The notes under the pieces: generated by a model
What the model was told of the DNA's origin: nothing
Database searches by the model: none
The model's input: only the letters and a program-made list of their open reading frames with translations
Position numbers and translations under genes: made by a program
Shown: one piece after another, positions 38,501 through 49,937 of the stretch
How positions within the stretch are numbered: the stretch's first letter is position 1
Layout: each line of letters starts with the position of its first letter
Source of the DNA: a bacterium
Lineage (GTDB): Bacteria; SAR324; NAC60-12
DNA: 64,000 nucleotides
Direction: 5' to 3'
NCBI GenBank assembly: GCA_965209155.1
Contig: OZ242383.1
Location: 1,600,001-1,664,000, forward strand

Positions 38501-41500
38501 AGAGGACCTGGACCTGGCCAATGTTTATCAATGCCAAATCAAGGCGTATACCAACCAGGGTGAATTAAAGAAGGCCATGGAAATGGGCGAGGAAATTCTG
38601 GAGAAATTGGGGTATCAACTCAGCCGTTTGTCTCCCGACCAGTGGCAGCAGACCCTCGTTCAAATCAAATCCAGCCTGGCTGGTAAAAGCGTTGCGGAAG
38701 TGATGCGCTTTGAGCCGCTCACCCAACCGCATGCCAAGGTCCTTATCCATATCCTAGATGAACTCCATCTGCCATATGGCGAGGCTGGGGTTACTTTGGA
38801 TTACGGTCTTTGGCAGCCCATCGCTTCAAAACGCATCTCTTTGCTGCTGAATCATTTTCATCCGAAACATTCACCCGAATTCTATGGTTTTCTTGGAATG
38901 ATATATTGCATTATGCAGGATTTTGAATTTGGTTGGGAACTTGGTCGTCTGGGCATACAGCTCATGGAAACGCTTGATCTGAAGGAAATAAACTGTAGAG
39001 TTTTCAGGGTTTTCAACTGCTCAATCCGGATCTACAGGGAGCCGCTATCTGAGACATTGGATCCCTTGCTGGAAGCTCATCAGATGGGAATCGAGACGGG
39101 AGATTTCACCAGGGCCGGTCGTAACGCCGTCGCAAGATGTCAGATTGCCTTTATGTGCGGGAAAGAGTTGAATTGGCTGAAAGGGGAATTGTCGACGTTG
39201 AAGGCTGCCATCAAGAAGATTAATTGTACTATCGTGTCTCCCCATGTCGAAAACCTGACGGAGGCGATCATGATTCTGATGGATGAACCTTCGACCCTGT
39301 CGACGGTTATCATTGATCAATACGATAGAGTGACGGATGCAGAGTACCGATATGGTGACCAGAACTGTTTTAATTACCAAAAGCTGGTGCTGCAATACCT
39401 GTTCGAAGAATACGAAGCAGTCCGTGATACGGCTTTTGAAATGATCAACCTGATGAAAACCTACAAGTATCCCCTGGTTGATGCCCTGGCCAACTGCTAC
39501 CTCTCCCTCGCTCTCCTGGCAGTTTGCGGTCAGGCGCCTGAGGGGGAAAAGGAGGAGATCCTCACCCAGGTTGATGACAATCAGGAGACGTTGGAGAAAA
39601 TGGCGCGCTGCGCACCGCCCAATTACCGGCACAAGTATCACCTGGTGGAAGCCGAGCGAATGCGGGTTTTGGGAGGCGAAAGCGATGTGATCCTGTCCCA
39701 TTATGATCAGGCCATCGCTTTGGCCAGAGAGAGCGAATTTATCCACGAGGAAGCCCTGGCCGATGAACTGGCAGCCAGGTACTTGCTCAGCCAGGGGCTG
39801 AAAACCCCCGCCCGAACTCACCTGCAGGCGGCATTGGAGAAGTACGAAACCTGGGGGGCTAAACGGAAGGTCGCGCACCTGAAGTCTCGATATCCCGGGT
39901 TGATTGCCGATGATCGTGCTGAAGTGGTGTCTCCTTCGCCCAACCTGGATCTGGCAACAATTCTCAAAGCCTCGGAGGCCATCTCCAGTATCCTCGAATT
40001 GGAACCGCTGCTGGAGTTTCTGCTTGGCATTCTCATGGAAAATGCCGGGGCCCAGACAGCAACCCTGATTCTGGAAACCGAAGGCCGGTCTCTCATCGCT
40101 GCCCGCGGGAGTGCCGAGCAGGTCGAATGTTTTCTACCGCTTTCCCTGCCTGTGGAAAAGGCTTTCTCCCTCTCCCTCTTGATCATCTCCTGGGTGAAAC
40201 AAACCCGGGAGCACCTGGTGTTGGACAACGCATCCCGGGAGGAACGGTTTGTCGAGGATGATTATATCCGGAGGGAACGTCCTAAATCCATCCTGTGCGC
40301 ACCGATCACTTACAAGTCAGCCTTGAGCGGCATCATTTACCTGGAGAATAACCTGGTTGAGGGAGCCTTCACCCCCCGGCGATTCGAGGTGATCAAACAC
40401 CTCACCTCTCAGATCGCCGTCTCTCTGGAAAATGCCAGGCTATACGACAATCTGAAACGGGCAGAGGCGGAATACCGGGGAATTTTTGAAAACGCCGTGG
40501 AAGGCATCTACCGGACGAGCCAGGACGGCCACTTTCTGAGCGCCAATCCAGCGATGGCCCGGTTATTCGGGTACTCTTCCCCAAAAGAGCTGATGGCATC
40601 CATCACCGACGTCGGGCGCCAGCTTTATGTGAATCCAGAGCGGCGTCATCAGTTCCTGGATTTCATCCGGCACCGACGCCCCGTTTCGGATTTTGAGGTG
40701 GAATTTTTTCGCAAAGACGGCAGCACCTTTTGGGCCTCCCTGCACGCCCGCCCCATCTATGACGAGAGCGATGCATTGCGCTTCATCGATGGGATTATTT
40801 CTGACATAACGGAGCAGAAAAACCGGATGGAAGCCCTGCATCAAGAAAATGTCCGCCTGCGCTCCAACATCAAGGAGCGTTATCGCTTTGGAAAGATCAT
40901 CGGCAAAAGCCCCGTGATGCAGGAGATTTATGAATTGATCTTAAAGGCGGCGGCTAGCTATGTTGGCGTCATTGTCTATGGTGAATCAGGGACGGGTAAA
41001 GAACTGGTGGCCGAAGCCATCCATGAGATGAGTGATAGAAAAGAAAAACCCTTTGTTCCCGTCAATGCCGGCGGCGTTGCGGAAACCCTCTTGGAAAGCG
41101 AGTTTTTCGGCTACAAAAAAGGAGCCTTTACCGGAGCCAATGCGGATAAGCGCGGCCTGCTCCAACAGGCAGACAAAGGCACGCTTTTCCTGGATGAATT
41201 GGGCGAAATCGGCCCCAACCTGCAGGCCAAACTGCTGCGTGCTCTTGAAGGCGGAGGGTTCACGCCAGTAGGCGGACTTGAAGTGGAAACCTCCGATTTT
41301 CGCATCATTGCCGCCACCAATAAGGATTTAAAAGAACAGGTGAAAAAGGGATTAATGCGGGAGGATTTCTTTTACCGCATCCATATTATCCCCATTCACT
41401 TGCCGCCCCTCAGGGAACGTAAAGAGGATATCCCCCTTTTGATCGAGCATTTTATGCAAAACCATCCCCCCTCGAAGAACCTGCCCAAAATCACCGTCGC

Positions 41501-41822
41501 TGTCACGGAAGCTCTGCAAGCCTACGATTGGCCGGGCAATGTTCGGGAGCTGCAAAACACCTTGCATCGCTACCTGACCTTCAAAAAACTGGACTTTCTG
41601 GGGGATGGATTACGAAACTCACGGACCTCCCCCAAATCCTCTCCGGATGATGAACCTGCCGGCAATCGAACTTCTCTGCAGGAAATGGAAAGAGACCACA
41701 TTGCCCACCTGCTGGCGCAAAACCAATGGAATAGAACGCGGGTGGCTGCTCTTCTGGGAATCTCCCGCTATACGTTGTTCAGAAAAATCAAGAAATACGA
41801 CTTACAAGTTGCCAAAATGTAG
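35583..41822 (+). CDS. Integrase arm-type DNA-binding domain / Ser-Thr pseudokinase / STAND ATPase / GAF / PAS / sigma54 activator / Fis-HTH fusion
   Basis: [45 protein letters not shown] and [12 protein letters not shown] and [47 protein letters not shown]. Confidence 0.88.
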   Translation: MKDKITKQAVESLKPGAKDCIMWDTELPMFGCKITPKGRRVYLLQYRIEGRSRRYTIGIHGSLTTREARKIAKKLLHDIALNRDPADAKKNKGDQEEGKIQNRSQDRKQQVVKFKTPHIRGNPRKSAAKANKASPGPLKPVVSKTKSVPSLEKPEIPGYSLEEVIFESSRTRLWRGRRQSDGLSVLIKGSASPQQSAQELAEIRHEHEITRALEIDGVLRAEELVQCENGWALILENTEGLPLRKLMDTTRLDLLDSLKVALSLTGILKEVHRQGILHKMINPFNIFVDPATGTVKLTGFGLATRLPRENSTTLSPQLSGETLPYISPEQTGRMNRPLDYRSDFYSLGATLYELFSGRVPFHSREVMEIIHAHIARQPVPLDKITPQVPGVLSRLVMKLVAKRAEARYQSHSGLAADLLASLEQLENQGSLIDFPLARQDVPKELQVAPGLYGREEEITALEAALERVSQGATEMVLVSGTAGVGKTALVGEIYRSVAQKNGFFISGKFDQLRHNIPYSALIQALRGLIREVSAECKSGMERWKSRTRAALGSNGQLVTRVIPELEQVIGPQPPLPEMGALESRNRFTSVLLDFISVFCEKTHPLIIFLDDLQWVDADTLKLVERIAQHPERKPLLFLGAYRDNEVDADHRLMISREVIKKTGQPLQTIPLKPLKREHISHLLVHTCHCRAEEAKPLAEVLVRKTGGNPFFVCQFLTVLSEKELIGYSPEEKRWTWDLAAIEFLAVTENVVDLLIDQLHGFSSETRRLLCLAACIGNTFDLESLGLISGAGSREIYDNLLPALEKGLITGFSRAPELDDTTTGATSDHSSFKFLHDRVQQAAYALIAQKERKPVHLRIGQSLLKQYALGKRDALLFDIVHHLNLARGLKDKWKDRSHLAELNLKAGLKARAASAFEQALEYFTIGLDLSGAAAWKRHYPLALSLHEAATEMSWLCGRFELMEKLAGAVKDNAREDLDLANVYQCQIKAYTNQGELKKAMEMGEEILEKLGYQLSRLSPDQWQQTLVQIKSSLAGKSVAEVMRFEPLTQPHAKVLIHILDELHLPYGEAGVTLDYGLWQPIASKRISLLLNHFHPKHSPEFYGFLGMIYCIMQDFEFGWELGRLGIQLMETLDLKEINCRVFRVFNCSIRIYREPLSETLDPLLEAHQMGIETGDFTRAGRNAVARCQIAFMCGKELNWLKGELSTLKAAIKKINCTIVSPHVENLTEAIMILMDEPSTLSTVIIDQYDRVTDAEYRYGDQNCFNYQKLVLQYLFEEYEAVRDTAFEMINLMKTYKYPLVDALANCYLSLALLAVCGQAPEGEKEEILTQVDDNQETLEKMARCAPPNYRHKYHLVEAERMRVLGGESDVILSHYDQAIALARESEFIHEEALADELAARYLLSQGLKTPARTHLQAALEKYETWGAKRKVAHLKSRYPGLIADDRAEVVSPSPNLDLATILKASEAISSILELEPLLEFLLGILMENAGAQTATLILETEGRSLIAARGSAEQVECFLPLSLPVEKAFSLSLLIISWVKQTREHLVLDNASREERFVEDDYIRRERPKSILCAPITYKSALSGIIYLENNLVEGAFTPRRFEVIKHLTSQIAVSLENARLYDNLKRAEAEYRGIFENAVEGIYRTSQDGHFLSANPAMARLFGYSSPKELMASITDVGRQLYVNPERRHQFLDFIRHRRPVSDFEVEFFRKDGSTFWASLHARPIYDESDALRFIDGIISDITEQKNRMEALHQENVRLRSNIKERYRFGKIIGKSPVMQEIYELILKAAASYVGVIVYGESGTGKELVAEAIHEMSDRKEKPFVPVNAGGVAETLLESEFFGYKKGAFTGANADKRGLLQQADKGTLFLDELGEIGPNLQAKLLRALEGGGFTPVGGLEVETSDFRIIAATNKDLKEQVKKGLMREDFFYRIHIIPIHLPPLRERKEDIPLLIEHFMQNHPPSKNLPKITVAVTEALQAYDWPGNVRELQNTLHRYLTFKKLDFLGDGLRNSRTSPKSSPDDEPAGNRTSLQEMERDHIAHLLAQNQWNRTRVAALLGISRYTLFRKIKKYDLQVAKM

Positions 41823-41993
41823 CAATATTTATCCATATCTATTTTACCAATAAAAACAGATGGTTACGAACTGATAACAATCAGGTATGTCACACAACCG
41901 CACATGAGACTCGCCTACACCAACGCCACCCAAGAACCCACTCCCATTCAATTTTCTTTTTGATTTCAGTATATTATCTCCTTTCACATGATT

Positions 41994-42010
41994 TTGGTCC
42001 CTTAGTTGCA
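41994..42010 (+). promoter_or_regulatory. sigma54 (-24/-12) promoter
   Basis: TTGGTCCCTTAGTTGCA with exact GG-N10-GC spacing, just downstream of the activator gene. Confidence 0.72.
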
Positions 42011-42242
42011 GAGGGATACTATAAAAAATGAAAAATCGAAGGGAGATATTATCAATCACCTCTTTGGGAGAAGCCTATGGGGAAATAAGTTAAGTGGAGA
42101 CAGTCCGCCAAACGCAGGTGGGATTTTTTAATTTTGTAATGGAGAAAGTAAAATGAATCCGAAAAAAGTATTTTCTTTTTTAATTCCTTCCCTCTCGAGT
42201 GAAGCAGGGGAGAATTTATTGAATCTAAAATGGAGTAATAAA

Positions 42243-43967
42243 ATGAATCTGAAAAAAACATTTTCTTTAGGCCTGACCTTGTTGGTAGGGGCCATCCTGG
42301 CAGGCAGTGTGTCTGCCCAAAAATATGGCGGAACATTAGTTATATCAACTCAATCGGATGTGGGTTTTGATCCGGCGGGAGACGGGAGCAGAAATATCGG
42401 TAGTCACGCTGGTCATGATTATGTGATAACAGCAGATGTCACAAAAGGACCGTATGGTGACGGCACCTATGGTTTTAACGTCACGGGGACACCTTATGGA
42501 GCCTGGGCGCCCAGCGTGGCCGAATCCTGGGAAGCAACTCCAAACAAAATAGTCTATCATCTGAGAAAGGGCATTAAATTCCGCAATAAAGCCCCAGTCA
42601 ATGGTCGAGAACTGGATGCTCATGATGTCCTCGCAACCTGGAATGCGGCAATTGCAATCCCCGGCACATTATCGAGTGGGGAACAAGACAAGTATAAATG
42701 GACTGTCCTCGATAAATATACCATTCAAGTGGAATGGATAAACCCTACACTGGAATATGATAAAATAGGTGAAATTGTCGGTGCTTCTTGGGGTCTTATC
42801 CCAAAGGAGATTGAGAAAGGCACCAATCGTAATGACTGGAGGAATACCTACGGATCCGGGCCATTTTACCCAACAAAATATGTCGAAGGCAGTGTCACTG
42901 AATTTGAAAAAAACCCGGACTACTGGGCGACAGATCCGATAAATCCTGGAAATTCTATCCCCTATCTGGATAAGGTGAGATTAGTCAAAATGGATGAAGT
43001 GGCAATGAAAGCTGGACTCGCAACAGGCAAAATTGACACTACTTTTACTCAATTTTACTTGAGCCGAAGTGACGAGAAAGACCTCATGAATTCCAACCCT
43101 GATTTAGTGACGGCAAGGGGTCCCATCCGAAATCAAATGCTTAACTTCAACATTACCAGGAAACCTTTTAGTGACCAACGTGTCCGCCGGGCAGTCATGC
43201 TGGCCATCCCACACGAGGAAATGAACGAAAGTTTGTATGATGGTACCGGCTTATGGCCAGCATATCCTACCTTTGCGGGCACGGCGCCCTTTCATATTTC
43301 ATTAGAACAAATGGAAAAAGAACGCCCGGATCTCGCCAGGATGTGGGGATACGATCCGGAGGAAGCTAAAAGACTGTTGGCCGAGGCTGGTTATCCGAAT
43401 GGTTTTAAGACCAATATCATTACGCGGACGGAGTTTGGCTCTGCGGAAACTTCGGAAGCCGTTGCACTCTATCTTTCCCAGGTTGGCATTGACATGGAGA
43501 TCAGAGTCGTGGATATGGCTAAAATGTATACTATGACCATGAATAAAGAACCTGATCCCAGCTACACGGATATGGCTTGGTCGGACAACGGATGCATAAA
43601 TTCGTTCTATTCGTGTCATTGGCAGATACACATGGATCCCCGTGGTCCGTTTCCTTGGTATGGACCCCATGAAAAGATTTTGAACAGTCAATATGGACAG
43701 GATTTTATCACAATGTATGATGATTTCCTGGCCGAAGATGACCCTCATGAGCATTACAGGAAATGGGTTGCATTAGCCATGTGGACGATGCAAGAAGTGT
43801 GGTCTGCCCCTCTCATGTACTTAACGGGCGCTCACTTTCAACAAAATTGGGTGCACCAACACAGTGGCGTTTTCTGGGATTCGTTGAATAATTTGCATAT
43901 GTTAAAATATACCTGGCTTGACTTGGATAAGAGAAAGCAGCAGAGCGGACGAGGCGCCAATGAGTAA
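42243..43967 (+). CDS. ABC transporter substrate-binding protein, family 5 (Dpp/Opp-like)
   Basis: Signal peptide ..AGSVSA; AESWE, HLRKGIKF..PVNGRELDAHDV, GSGPF, KNPDYW, DQRVRRAV, YDPEEAKRLLAEAGYPNGF; alternative start 42153. Confidence 0.92.
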   Translation: MNLKKTFSLGLTLLVGAILAGSVSAQKYGGTLVISTQSDVGFDPAGDGSRNIGSHAGHDYVITADVTKGPYGDGTYGFNVTGTPYGAWAPSVAESWEATPNKIVYHLRKGIKFRNKAPVNGRELDAHDVLATWNAAIAIPGTLSSGEQDKYKWTVLDKYTIQVEWINPTLEYDKIGEIVGASWGLIPKEIEKGTNRNDWRNTYGSGPFYPTKYVEGSVTEFEKNPDYWATDPINPGNSIPYLDKVRLVKMDEVAMKAGLATGKIDTTFTQFYLSRSDEKDLMNSNPDLVTARGPIRNQMLNFNITRKPFSDQRVRRAVMLAIPHEEMNESLYDGTGLWPAYPTFAGTAPFHISLEQMEKERPDLARMWGYDPEEAKRLLAEAGYPNGFKTNIITRTEFGSAETSEAVALYLSQVGIDMEIRVVDMAKMYTMTMNKEPDPSYTDMAWSDNGCINSFYSCHWQIHMDPRGPFPWYGPHEKILNSQYGQDFITMYDDFLAEDDPHEHYRKWVALAMWTMQEVWSAPLMYLTGAHFQQNWVHQHSGVFWDSLNNLHMLKYTWLDLDKRKQQSGRGANE

Positions 43968-43989
43968 TTCCTGAGTGTATGAACAAACA

Positions 43990-44026
43990 AAAGGGAGGGA
44001 GTGTTCTTCATTCCCTCCTTTTTTTT
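43990..44026 (+). terminator. Stem-loop/terminator after the SBP gene
   Basis: GGAGGGA/TCCCTCC stem followed by a T-tract. Confidence 0.65.
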
Positions 44027-44073
44027 CAATTGCGCAATTCGCATTTTCCGAATCCGCATGGGTATAAAATATC

Positions 44074-45030
44074 ATGATGCTAAGCTATATCATCAGGAGA
44101 GTGGTCATCATGATTCCTACCTTGATCCTGGTCTCCATCATCGTTTTCATGGGCTTGCGTTTCATTCCAGGGGACGTCGTGGACCTGATGGTATCGCAGG
44201 CTTCGTTCGGATCTGCAGGGATTAGTCGTGAAGAGATAAAAATATATCTGGGGATGGACTTACCCGTTCACGAGCAGTATCTCAAGTGGATAGGTGGAGT
44301 ACTTCGAGGTGATTTTGGCGAGTCCCTTTGGACAAGGACGCCTGTCAACGACAATTTGCTGAGTGGCCTACCCGTCTCCCTGGAACTGGGTTTTATGGCT
44401 GTTTTCCTCTCCCTGGCCATTGCCATCCCGGTGGGAGTCCTTGCCGGCATCCGGCCGGAATCAAAGCTGGATTATCTTTTGCGCAGTGTTGCCATCTTCC
44501 TGGTCTGCATTCCGGATTTCTGGCTGGCAACCATGATCGTGATCTACCCCGCTATCTGGTGGAATGTCTCACCGAGCCTGGTTTATATTTTTTTCTGGGA
44601 GGACCCCCTTGGCAATCTGGGCATGGTCTTCCTGCCGGCTCTGGTCCTGGGATTTGCGTTTTCCGGGATGATCATGAGGCTGACCCGTAATTTGGTCATC
44701 GAGGAAATGGGGCAGGATTATGTGCGGACGGCCAGGTCCAAGGGACTGAAGGCGAGAGTCGTGGTACTGCGTCATGTGCTCAAGAACACACTGATCCCGG
44801 TGGTCACCGTGGTGGGGATTCAGCTCCCCTTCGTCATTGGGGGGGCTGTGGTGGTCGAGAGCATCTTTGGTTTACCGGGATTGGGGAAGATGATGGTAGA
44901 ATCGATCAACACTCGGGATTATCCGATCATTTCGGGCATCAATATCATTCTGGCAACGGTGGTGCTGAGCGTCAATTTGCTCGTTGATATCAGCTACGCC
45001 TGGCTCGATCCACGGATACGTTATAAATAG
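44074..45030 (+). CDS. ABC transporter permease (DppB-like)
   Basis: IPGD, GDFGESL, DYVRTARSKGL, HVLKNTLIP, DPRIRY. Confidence 0.94.
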   Translation: MMLSYIIRRVVIMIPTLILVSIIVFMGLRFIPGDVVDLMVSQASFGSAGISREEIKIYLGMDLPVHEQYLKWIGGVLRGDFGESLWTRTPVNDNLLSGLPVSLELGFMAVFLSLAIAIPVGVLAGIRPESKLDYLLRSVAIFLVCIPDFWLATMIVIYPAIWWNVSPSLVYIFFWEDPLGNLGMVFLPALVLGFAFSGMIMRLTRNLVIEEMGQDYVRTARSKGLKARVVVLRHVLKNTLIPVVTVVGIQLPFVIGGAVVVESIFGLPGLGKMMVESINTRDYPIISGINIILATVVLSVNLLVDISYAWLDPRIRYK

Positions 45031-45129
45031 TTGTCAGTTTTCTGCTGTCAGCTCTCAGTGTTGTGAACGCGAACGGTAGTGCCGGCCTCGTTAGGTCACC
45101 CTACCGTATCAACATGATAAAAAATAGAA

Positions 45130-46053
45130 ATGACAAGCAAAACCGTATCATCACCAGACACACTTCCGGCCAGAAAAAGTGCCTCAATCACCTTTCTCTC
45201 CCGGCTCTTTCGTGAGAAAAAACTCGGGGCCATCGGCTTGATCATCGTGGTGGTGTTTTTACTGGTGGGCATTTTCGCGGACTTCCTGGCTCCCTATGGG
45301 ATGATGGAGTTTGATATGAGAAACCGTTTGAAGGGACCCATGCCGGGGCATTGGATGGGAACCGACCATTTTGGACGAGACCTTTTGAGCCGGGTCATCT
45401 ACGGCGCTCGGATTTCCATGGTGGTGGGTCTCTCCGCTTGCGGGATCCTGATTCTCATCTCCACAAGTGTTGGCCTGCTTTCCGGGTATGTCGGGGGCGT
45501 TGTGGATTTGGTCACCCAGCGCTTCGTGGACGCCTGGCTTTCCTTACCCGGGTTATTTGTGATTCTGACCGTGATGACTACCCTGGGGGCCGGGATGCCT
45601 CAGACCATTGGAGTATTGGGCGCCTTTTGGGGAATTGCCAACATTCGCACGGTACGAGGGGTGGTCTTGAGTGCCAGGGAGAACGTGTATGTGGAAGCGG
45701 CCCGGGCAGTGGGCGGTTCCACCTGGCGCATCCTTATCAAACATATCCTGCCCCAGATTTGGGCACCATTGATTGTGGTGTATACCGTCTCCCTGGGGGG
45801 AATTATCATCTCCGAAGCCGTCATCAGTTACCTCGGATTTGGCATTCCTCCCCCGCAACCCAGCTGGGGGGGGATGCTCAGCCTGGAAGGTCAGAAATAT
45901 ATGTTGGAGCAGCCCTGGTTGGCCTTCTGGCCGGGTCTGGCCCTGGCCATCGTGATTTACGGGGTTAACATGCTCGGGGATGCCATGCGCGACCTGCTCG
46001 ACCCTCGTTTACGCGGCAAAGTAGGCCGTTTGGGTTTACCGAATAAACGCTAA
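45130..46053 (+). CDS. ABC transporter permease (DppC-like)
   Basis: GTDHFGRDLLSRVIYGARIS, YVEAARAVG, PPQPSWG, GDAMRDLLDPR. Confidence 0.94.
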   Translation: MTSKTVSSPDTLPARKSASITFLSRLFREKKLGAIGLIIVVVFLLVGIFADFLAPYGMMEFDMRNRLKGPMPGHWMGTDHFGRDLLSRVIYGARISMVVGLSACGILILISTSVGLLSGYVGGVVDLVTQRFVDAWLSLPGLFVILTVMTTLGAGMPQTIGVLGAFWGIANIRTVRGVVLSARENVYVEAARAVGGSTWRILIKHILPQIWAPLIVVYTVSLGGIIISEAVISYLGFGIPPPQPSWGGMLSLEGQKYMLEQPWLAFWPGLALAIVIYGVNMLGDAMRDLLDPRLRGKVGRLGLPNKR

Positions 46054-46072
46054 AAATGAATAAGGAGATCCC

Positions 46073-47110
46073 ATGAAAGCTGCGATAATACTTAAGGACG
46101 GAAAAATTGAGATTCAGGATCTGCCCACCCCAACCCCGGGGGACGAAGAGGCGCGCATCCGCATCACCGCAGCAGGCGTTTGCCACTCCGACGTGCACAT
46201 CGTGCGCGGCGACTGGGCGGGGTTTCCATCTCGATTTCGGTCAGGAGTGTTCGGGCACGAGGCCATTGGCATTGTCGAAGAACTCGGGCCAGGCGCCGAG
46301 CGCTATGTCGCTGTGGGCGACCGGGTCTTCACGGGGTTCGGTGGCATGGGTGGTGCCTACTGGTGCGGCGCCTGCGAGTTCTGCCTGGGCGGCGAACCGC
46401 GCCACTGCTCCCAGGCCAAGGGCCTCAATGGCACCTTCGCTGAGCAGTTCTGCGTGTGGGCCAAGGCGCTCGTAATACTGCCGGACACGGTGGGTGATGA
46501 AGAAGCAGGGCTCTCCTGTGGCGGCCTCACGGCGTATGGCGCCGTCAAGAAACTCTTCAAGCACCACATCCAGCCGGGACGTCACGTGGCGATCGTGGGT
46601 GCGGCCGGGGGCCTCGGCCACTACGCCGTCCAGGTCGCGACGACCTTCGGCTACAAGGTAGTGGGCATCGACGTCGGCGAGGAGCGGCTGAAGTTCGTCG
46701 AGTCGCTCGGCGCCAAGCTGGCCGTCAGTGCGGACGACGCCGTCGAAACCGTTCAGCAGTTCGGTGGTGTGGACGCCGCGATTGTGTTCTCGGCCTCCAT
46801 AGCCGGGTTCAAGCTCGGCTTACAAGTGCTGCGACCAAGCGGCCTGTTCGTGGCGTGTGGCATTCCCCCTACTAGCGAAGGCCACTTCGGACTGGACCCC
46901 TTCTTGTGGAACCAGAAAGGCGCGACCCTGGTCGCCTCGGTCGTCGGCAACGTGCAGGAGATGCGCGAGCTCGTCGACATGGTTGCGGCCGGAGACGTCA
47001 AGAGCCACATCGGCCGCCGCGGTCCGCTCTCGGAGCTGGATGCCATCTTGGATGAGCTCGAAGAAGGCAAATACCTGGGCCGCGCCGTCATCACCGACCT
47101 CGGCAGCTAG
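46073..47110 (+). CDS. Zinc-dependent alcohol dehydrogenase
   Basis: GVCHSD, GHEAIG, CGACEFC...C, GAAGGLG. Confidence 0.93.
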   Translation: MKAAIILKDGKIEIQDLPTPTPGDEEARIRITAAGVCHSDVHIVRGDWAGFPSRFRSGVFGHEAIGIVEELGPGAERYVAVGDRVFTGFGGMGGAYWCGACEFCLGGEPRHCSQAKGLNGTFAEQFCVWAKALVILPDTVGDEEAGLSCGGLTAYGAVKKLFKHHIQPGRHVAIVGAAGGLGHYAVQVATTFGYKVVGIDVGEERLKFVESLGAKLAVSADDAVETVQQFGGVDAAIVFSASIAGFKLGLQVLRPSGLFVACGIPPTSEGHFGLDPFLWNQKGATLVASVVGNVQEMRELVDMVAAGDVKSHIGRRGPLSELDAILDELEEGKYLGRAVITDLGS

Positions 47111-47277
47111 GATCTGCATGGCTTTGAAGACCCGGGAGGCGATCCACGGGTTCCAGTATAGAAAAGATAATATCGGGGTTTATTCGACAACTGCAATCTG
47201 GCCGATGCGGGTCGTTGTGATCTGTGTCTGCATAACTGCGCATTAAAAGTGCTACACACGAAAAAAGGAAAGAACAA

Positions 47278-47742
47278 ATGAGTGAAAAACTACCTGAAGA
47301 CGTCCTTTCGGGCGTAAAATTAATCAATTCGAATACCGCTGTGCTTGATCCTCTCGAGTACTCTGATGTCAATGTACTGGAAGGATCTCCGAAATCATCA
47401 ATAAAAATATTATGGGAATCTGAAGATGGATCATGTGTCACTGGTGTTTGGTCGTGTACTGAAGGAAGTTGGCTGGTCGAGTGGCCATGGGATGAAATGT
47501 GTTTTCTACTCGAGGGCGAATTGGAAGTCACAGAAGTTGACAGGAACAGCGATCATTCAGGACAAACCATACGAGTCAATCCAGGTGATCAATTTCATTT
47601 TGAAAAGGGGTCTAAAACGGTGTGGAATGTAATAAAACCTGTGAAAAAGATTATGTATATCAGACATAATTCCCCAATTGCGGATCAGGTATGGGAAGAA
47701 AACGAAGAATTCAAAGCGAACTATAAAAAAAATAAAAGATGA
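47278..47742 (+). CDS. Cupin (DUF861/EutQ-like)
   Basis: GVWSCTEG, DEMCFLLEG, PGDQFHFEKG..WNV..PVKK. Confidence 0.85.
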   Translation: MSEKLPEDVLSGVKLINSNTAVLDPLEYSDVNVLEGSPKSSIKILWESEDGSCVTGVWSCTEGSWLVEWPWDEMCFLLEGELEVTEVDRNSDHSGQTIRVNPGDQFHFEKGSKTVWNVIKPVKKIMYIRHNSPIADQVWEENEEFKANYKKNKR

Positions 47743-47745
47743 GTC

Positions 47746-49827
47746 ATGATGACAAAAGAACCGCTCTGGCGTCCCAGTCCTCAACGCATTGCTGAAGCCC
47801 AAATGACGGCCTATCGTGCCTGGCTCAAGGAACACAAGGGGCTCCATTTCGATCATTACGAAGCCCTCTGGCAATGGTCAACCGAGGAGTTTGAAGCGTT
47901 TTGGGAAAGCATTTGGGAATATGGGGAGGTGATTAGCCATCGCCCCTACCAGAGGGTGGTCAATCAGCAAGAAATGCCGGGAGTGAGTTGGTTTGAGGGG
48001 GCCACGCTCAACTATGCCGAACACATCCTGGCCCCTGGCACTCAAGCAGAATCTGTGAATGCCCCCGCGATCGTGGCTGAGTCCGAGACTCGCCCCCGCG
48101 TGGAAGTGTCCTGGCAAAGCCTGCGTGAGCAAACAGGCGCCCTCACCGCCAGCTTGAAACAGCTTGGTCTCGAAATGGGCGACCGTGCTGTGGCCTATCT
48201 GCCCAACATCCCGGAAACGGCTGTGGCCATGTTATCTGTCAGCAGTTGCGGGGCAATTTGGTCAATGGCTTCCCCAGAAATGGGGATTGCCAGTGTGCTG
48301 GACCGATTCCATCAAATTGAGCCCAAGATTCTTTTCACCATCGACGGTTACCGTTACAAGGGAAAGGACTACGATAGGCGGGAAGTCGTGGTCGATCTCG
48401 TCAAACAACTGCCCTCGGTGGAAACCGTTATTTTTATTCCTTATCTCCATGCGTCCAATGAGTTGGACCTCAGTGCTGTGAGGGAAGGCAAACCGCCCCA
48501 AGTGGTTTCCTTTGCAGAGACCGTCAGCACACCTGCGAAACCTGATTTTACCCCGGTGCCCTTTGCTCACCCGCTGTGGATACTCTATTCCTCGGGCACC
48601 ACTGGTCCGCCCAAGGCCATCATCCATAGCCACGGTGGAATCGTCTTGCAAAATATCAAGTATATTAGATTACATTTAGACATAGGTCCTTCTGACCGTT
48701 TTTTTTGGTTTAGTTCCACCACCTGGGGCATGTGGAATTCTTTGATTACCACACTAATTTCCGGGGCCACCATCCTGCTGTTTGACGGCAATCCCGGTTA
48801 TCCTGATCTCAACACCCTGTGGCGATATGCCGAAAGAGAAAAAGCCACTTTTTATGGCACCAGCCCCACGTTTATTTCCTTATGTACGAAGGCTGGCATT
48901 ACGCCTGGAGCAAGTTTCGATTTGAGTTCTCTACGGACCGTGGGTTCCACCGGCTCCCCATTGTCAGAAGAAGGGTATCGTTGGATCTATGAAAAAGTGC
49001 ATCCTGATGTTCTACTGTTCTCTGTCACTGGCGGCACCGATTTTGGTGCCGGTTTCCTGAGCGCCTGCCCCATTCTTCCCGTCTATGCCGGAGAAATGTC
49101 TTGCAGAGAGCTGGGGGTGGCAACCTGCGTTTATGATGATAACGGCAAGCCCGTGATGGACGAAGTCGGAGAACTGGTGATGACGAAACCAATTCCCTGC
49201 CTGCCTATCGGGTTTTGGGGAGATCCAGAGGGTCGGCGATACTATGAAAGTTATTTCGACACCTTTCCTGGTGTATGGCGGCACGGGGACTGGCTGCAAT
49301 TGATTTCCCATCCAGAGGCCGTCGGAGGCATTGTATTCGGCCGCTCCGATGCCACGATCAACCGCCAAGGCATTCGTATGGGGAGCAGTGAGATTTATCG
49401 AGTGGTGGAATCCTTCCCTGAAGTGGCCGATTCCTTGGTGGTGGATTTGGAATATCTGGGCAAGCCCTCCTATCTCGCACTTTTTGTGGTCTTGACAGAC
49501 CCTGAAGCCGCCCCAATTCCCAGCCCTGAAGTCGCAGGCAAAGCATCGACAACGGAGAAACCCAGTCTGAGAGACACGGGAATGCCAGAAACCCTACGAA
49601 GCGGAATCATGAACAAAATTCGCACCCATCTCTCGGCTCGCCACGCCCCCAATGAGATCTTTGCGATTCAGGCGGTCCCTTACACGATCTCAGGTAAAAA
49701 AATGGAAGTCCCTGTCAAGAAAATTTTGTTGGGCAAGTCCGCCAATACCTCAGCCAACCGTGATGCCATGGGCAATCCGGAATCCATCGACTGGTTTGTT
49801 GAATTTGCTCGTGGTAGAAACTCTTGA
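47746..49827 (+). CDS. Acetoacetate-CoA ligase
   Basis: PLWRPS, WFEGATLNYAE, YSSGTTGPPK, WRHGDW, GRSDATINRQGIRMG, SGKKMEVPVKKIL. Confidence 0.92.
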   Translation: MMTKEPLWRPSPQRIAEAQMTAYRAWLKEHKGLHFDHYEALWQWSTEEFEAFWESIWEYGEVISHRPYQRVVNQQEMPGVSWFEGATLNYAEHILAPGTQAESVNAPAIVAESETRPRVEVSWQSLREQTGALTASLKQLGLEMGDRAVAYLPNIPETAVAMLSVSSCGAIWSMASPEMGIASVLDRFHQIEPKILFTIDGYRYKGKDYDRREVVVDLVKQLPSVETVIFIPYLHASNELDLSAVREGKPPQVVSFAETVSTPAKPDFTPVPFAHPLWILYSSGTTGPPKAIIHSHGGIVLQNIKYIRLHLDIGPSDRFFWFSSTTWGMWNSLITTLISGATILLFDGNPGYPDLNTLWRYAEREKATFYGTSPTFISLCTKAGITPGASFDLSSLRTVGSTGSPLSEEGYRWIYEKVHPDVLLFSVTGGTDFGAGFLSACPILPVYAGEMSCRELGVATCVYDDNGKPVMDEVGELVMTKPIPCLPIGFWGDPEGRRYYESYFDTFPGVWRHGDWLQLISHPEAVGGIVFGRSDATINRQGIRMGSSEIYRVVESFPEVADSLVVDLEYLGKPSYLALFVVLTDPEAAPIPSPEVAGKASTTEKPSLRDTGMPETLRSGIMNKIRTHLSARHAPNEIFAIQAVPYTISGKKMEVPVKKILLGKSANTSANRDAMGNPESIDWFVEFARGRNS

Positions 49828-49937
49828 TACCCTGCCGCCCATGGGTTTCAGGAAGGAACGGATTGGAAGAAAATGTAAAATGTCGTTTCTATGGTTCAAT
49901 ACTTCACATCCTAACGTAATGTGAGTTCTGGATAAGG

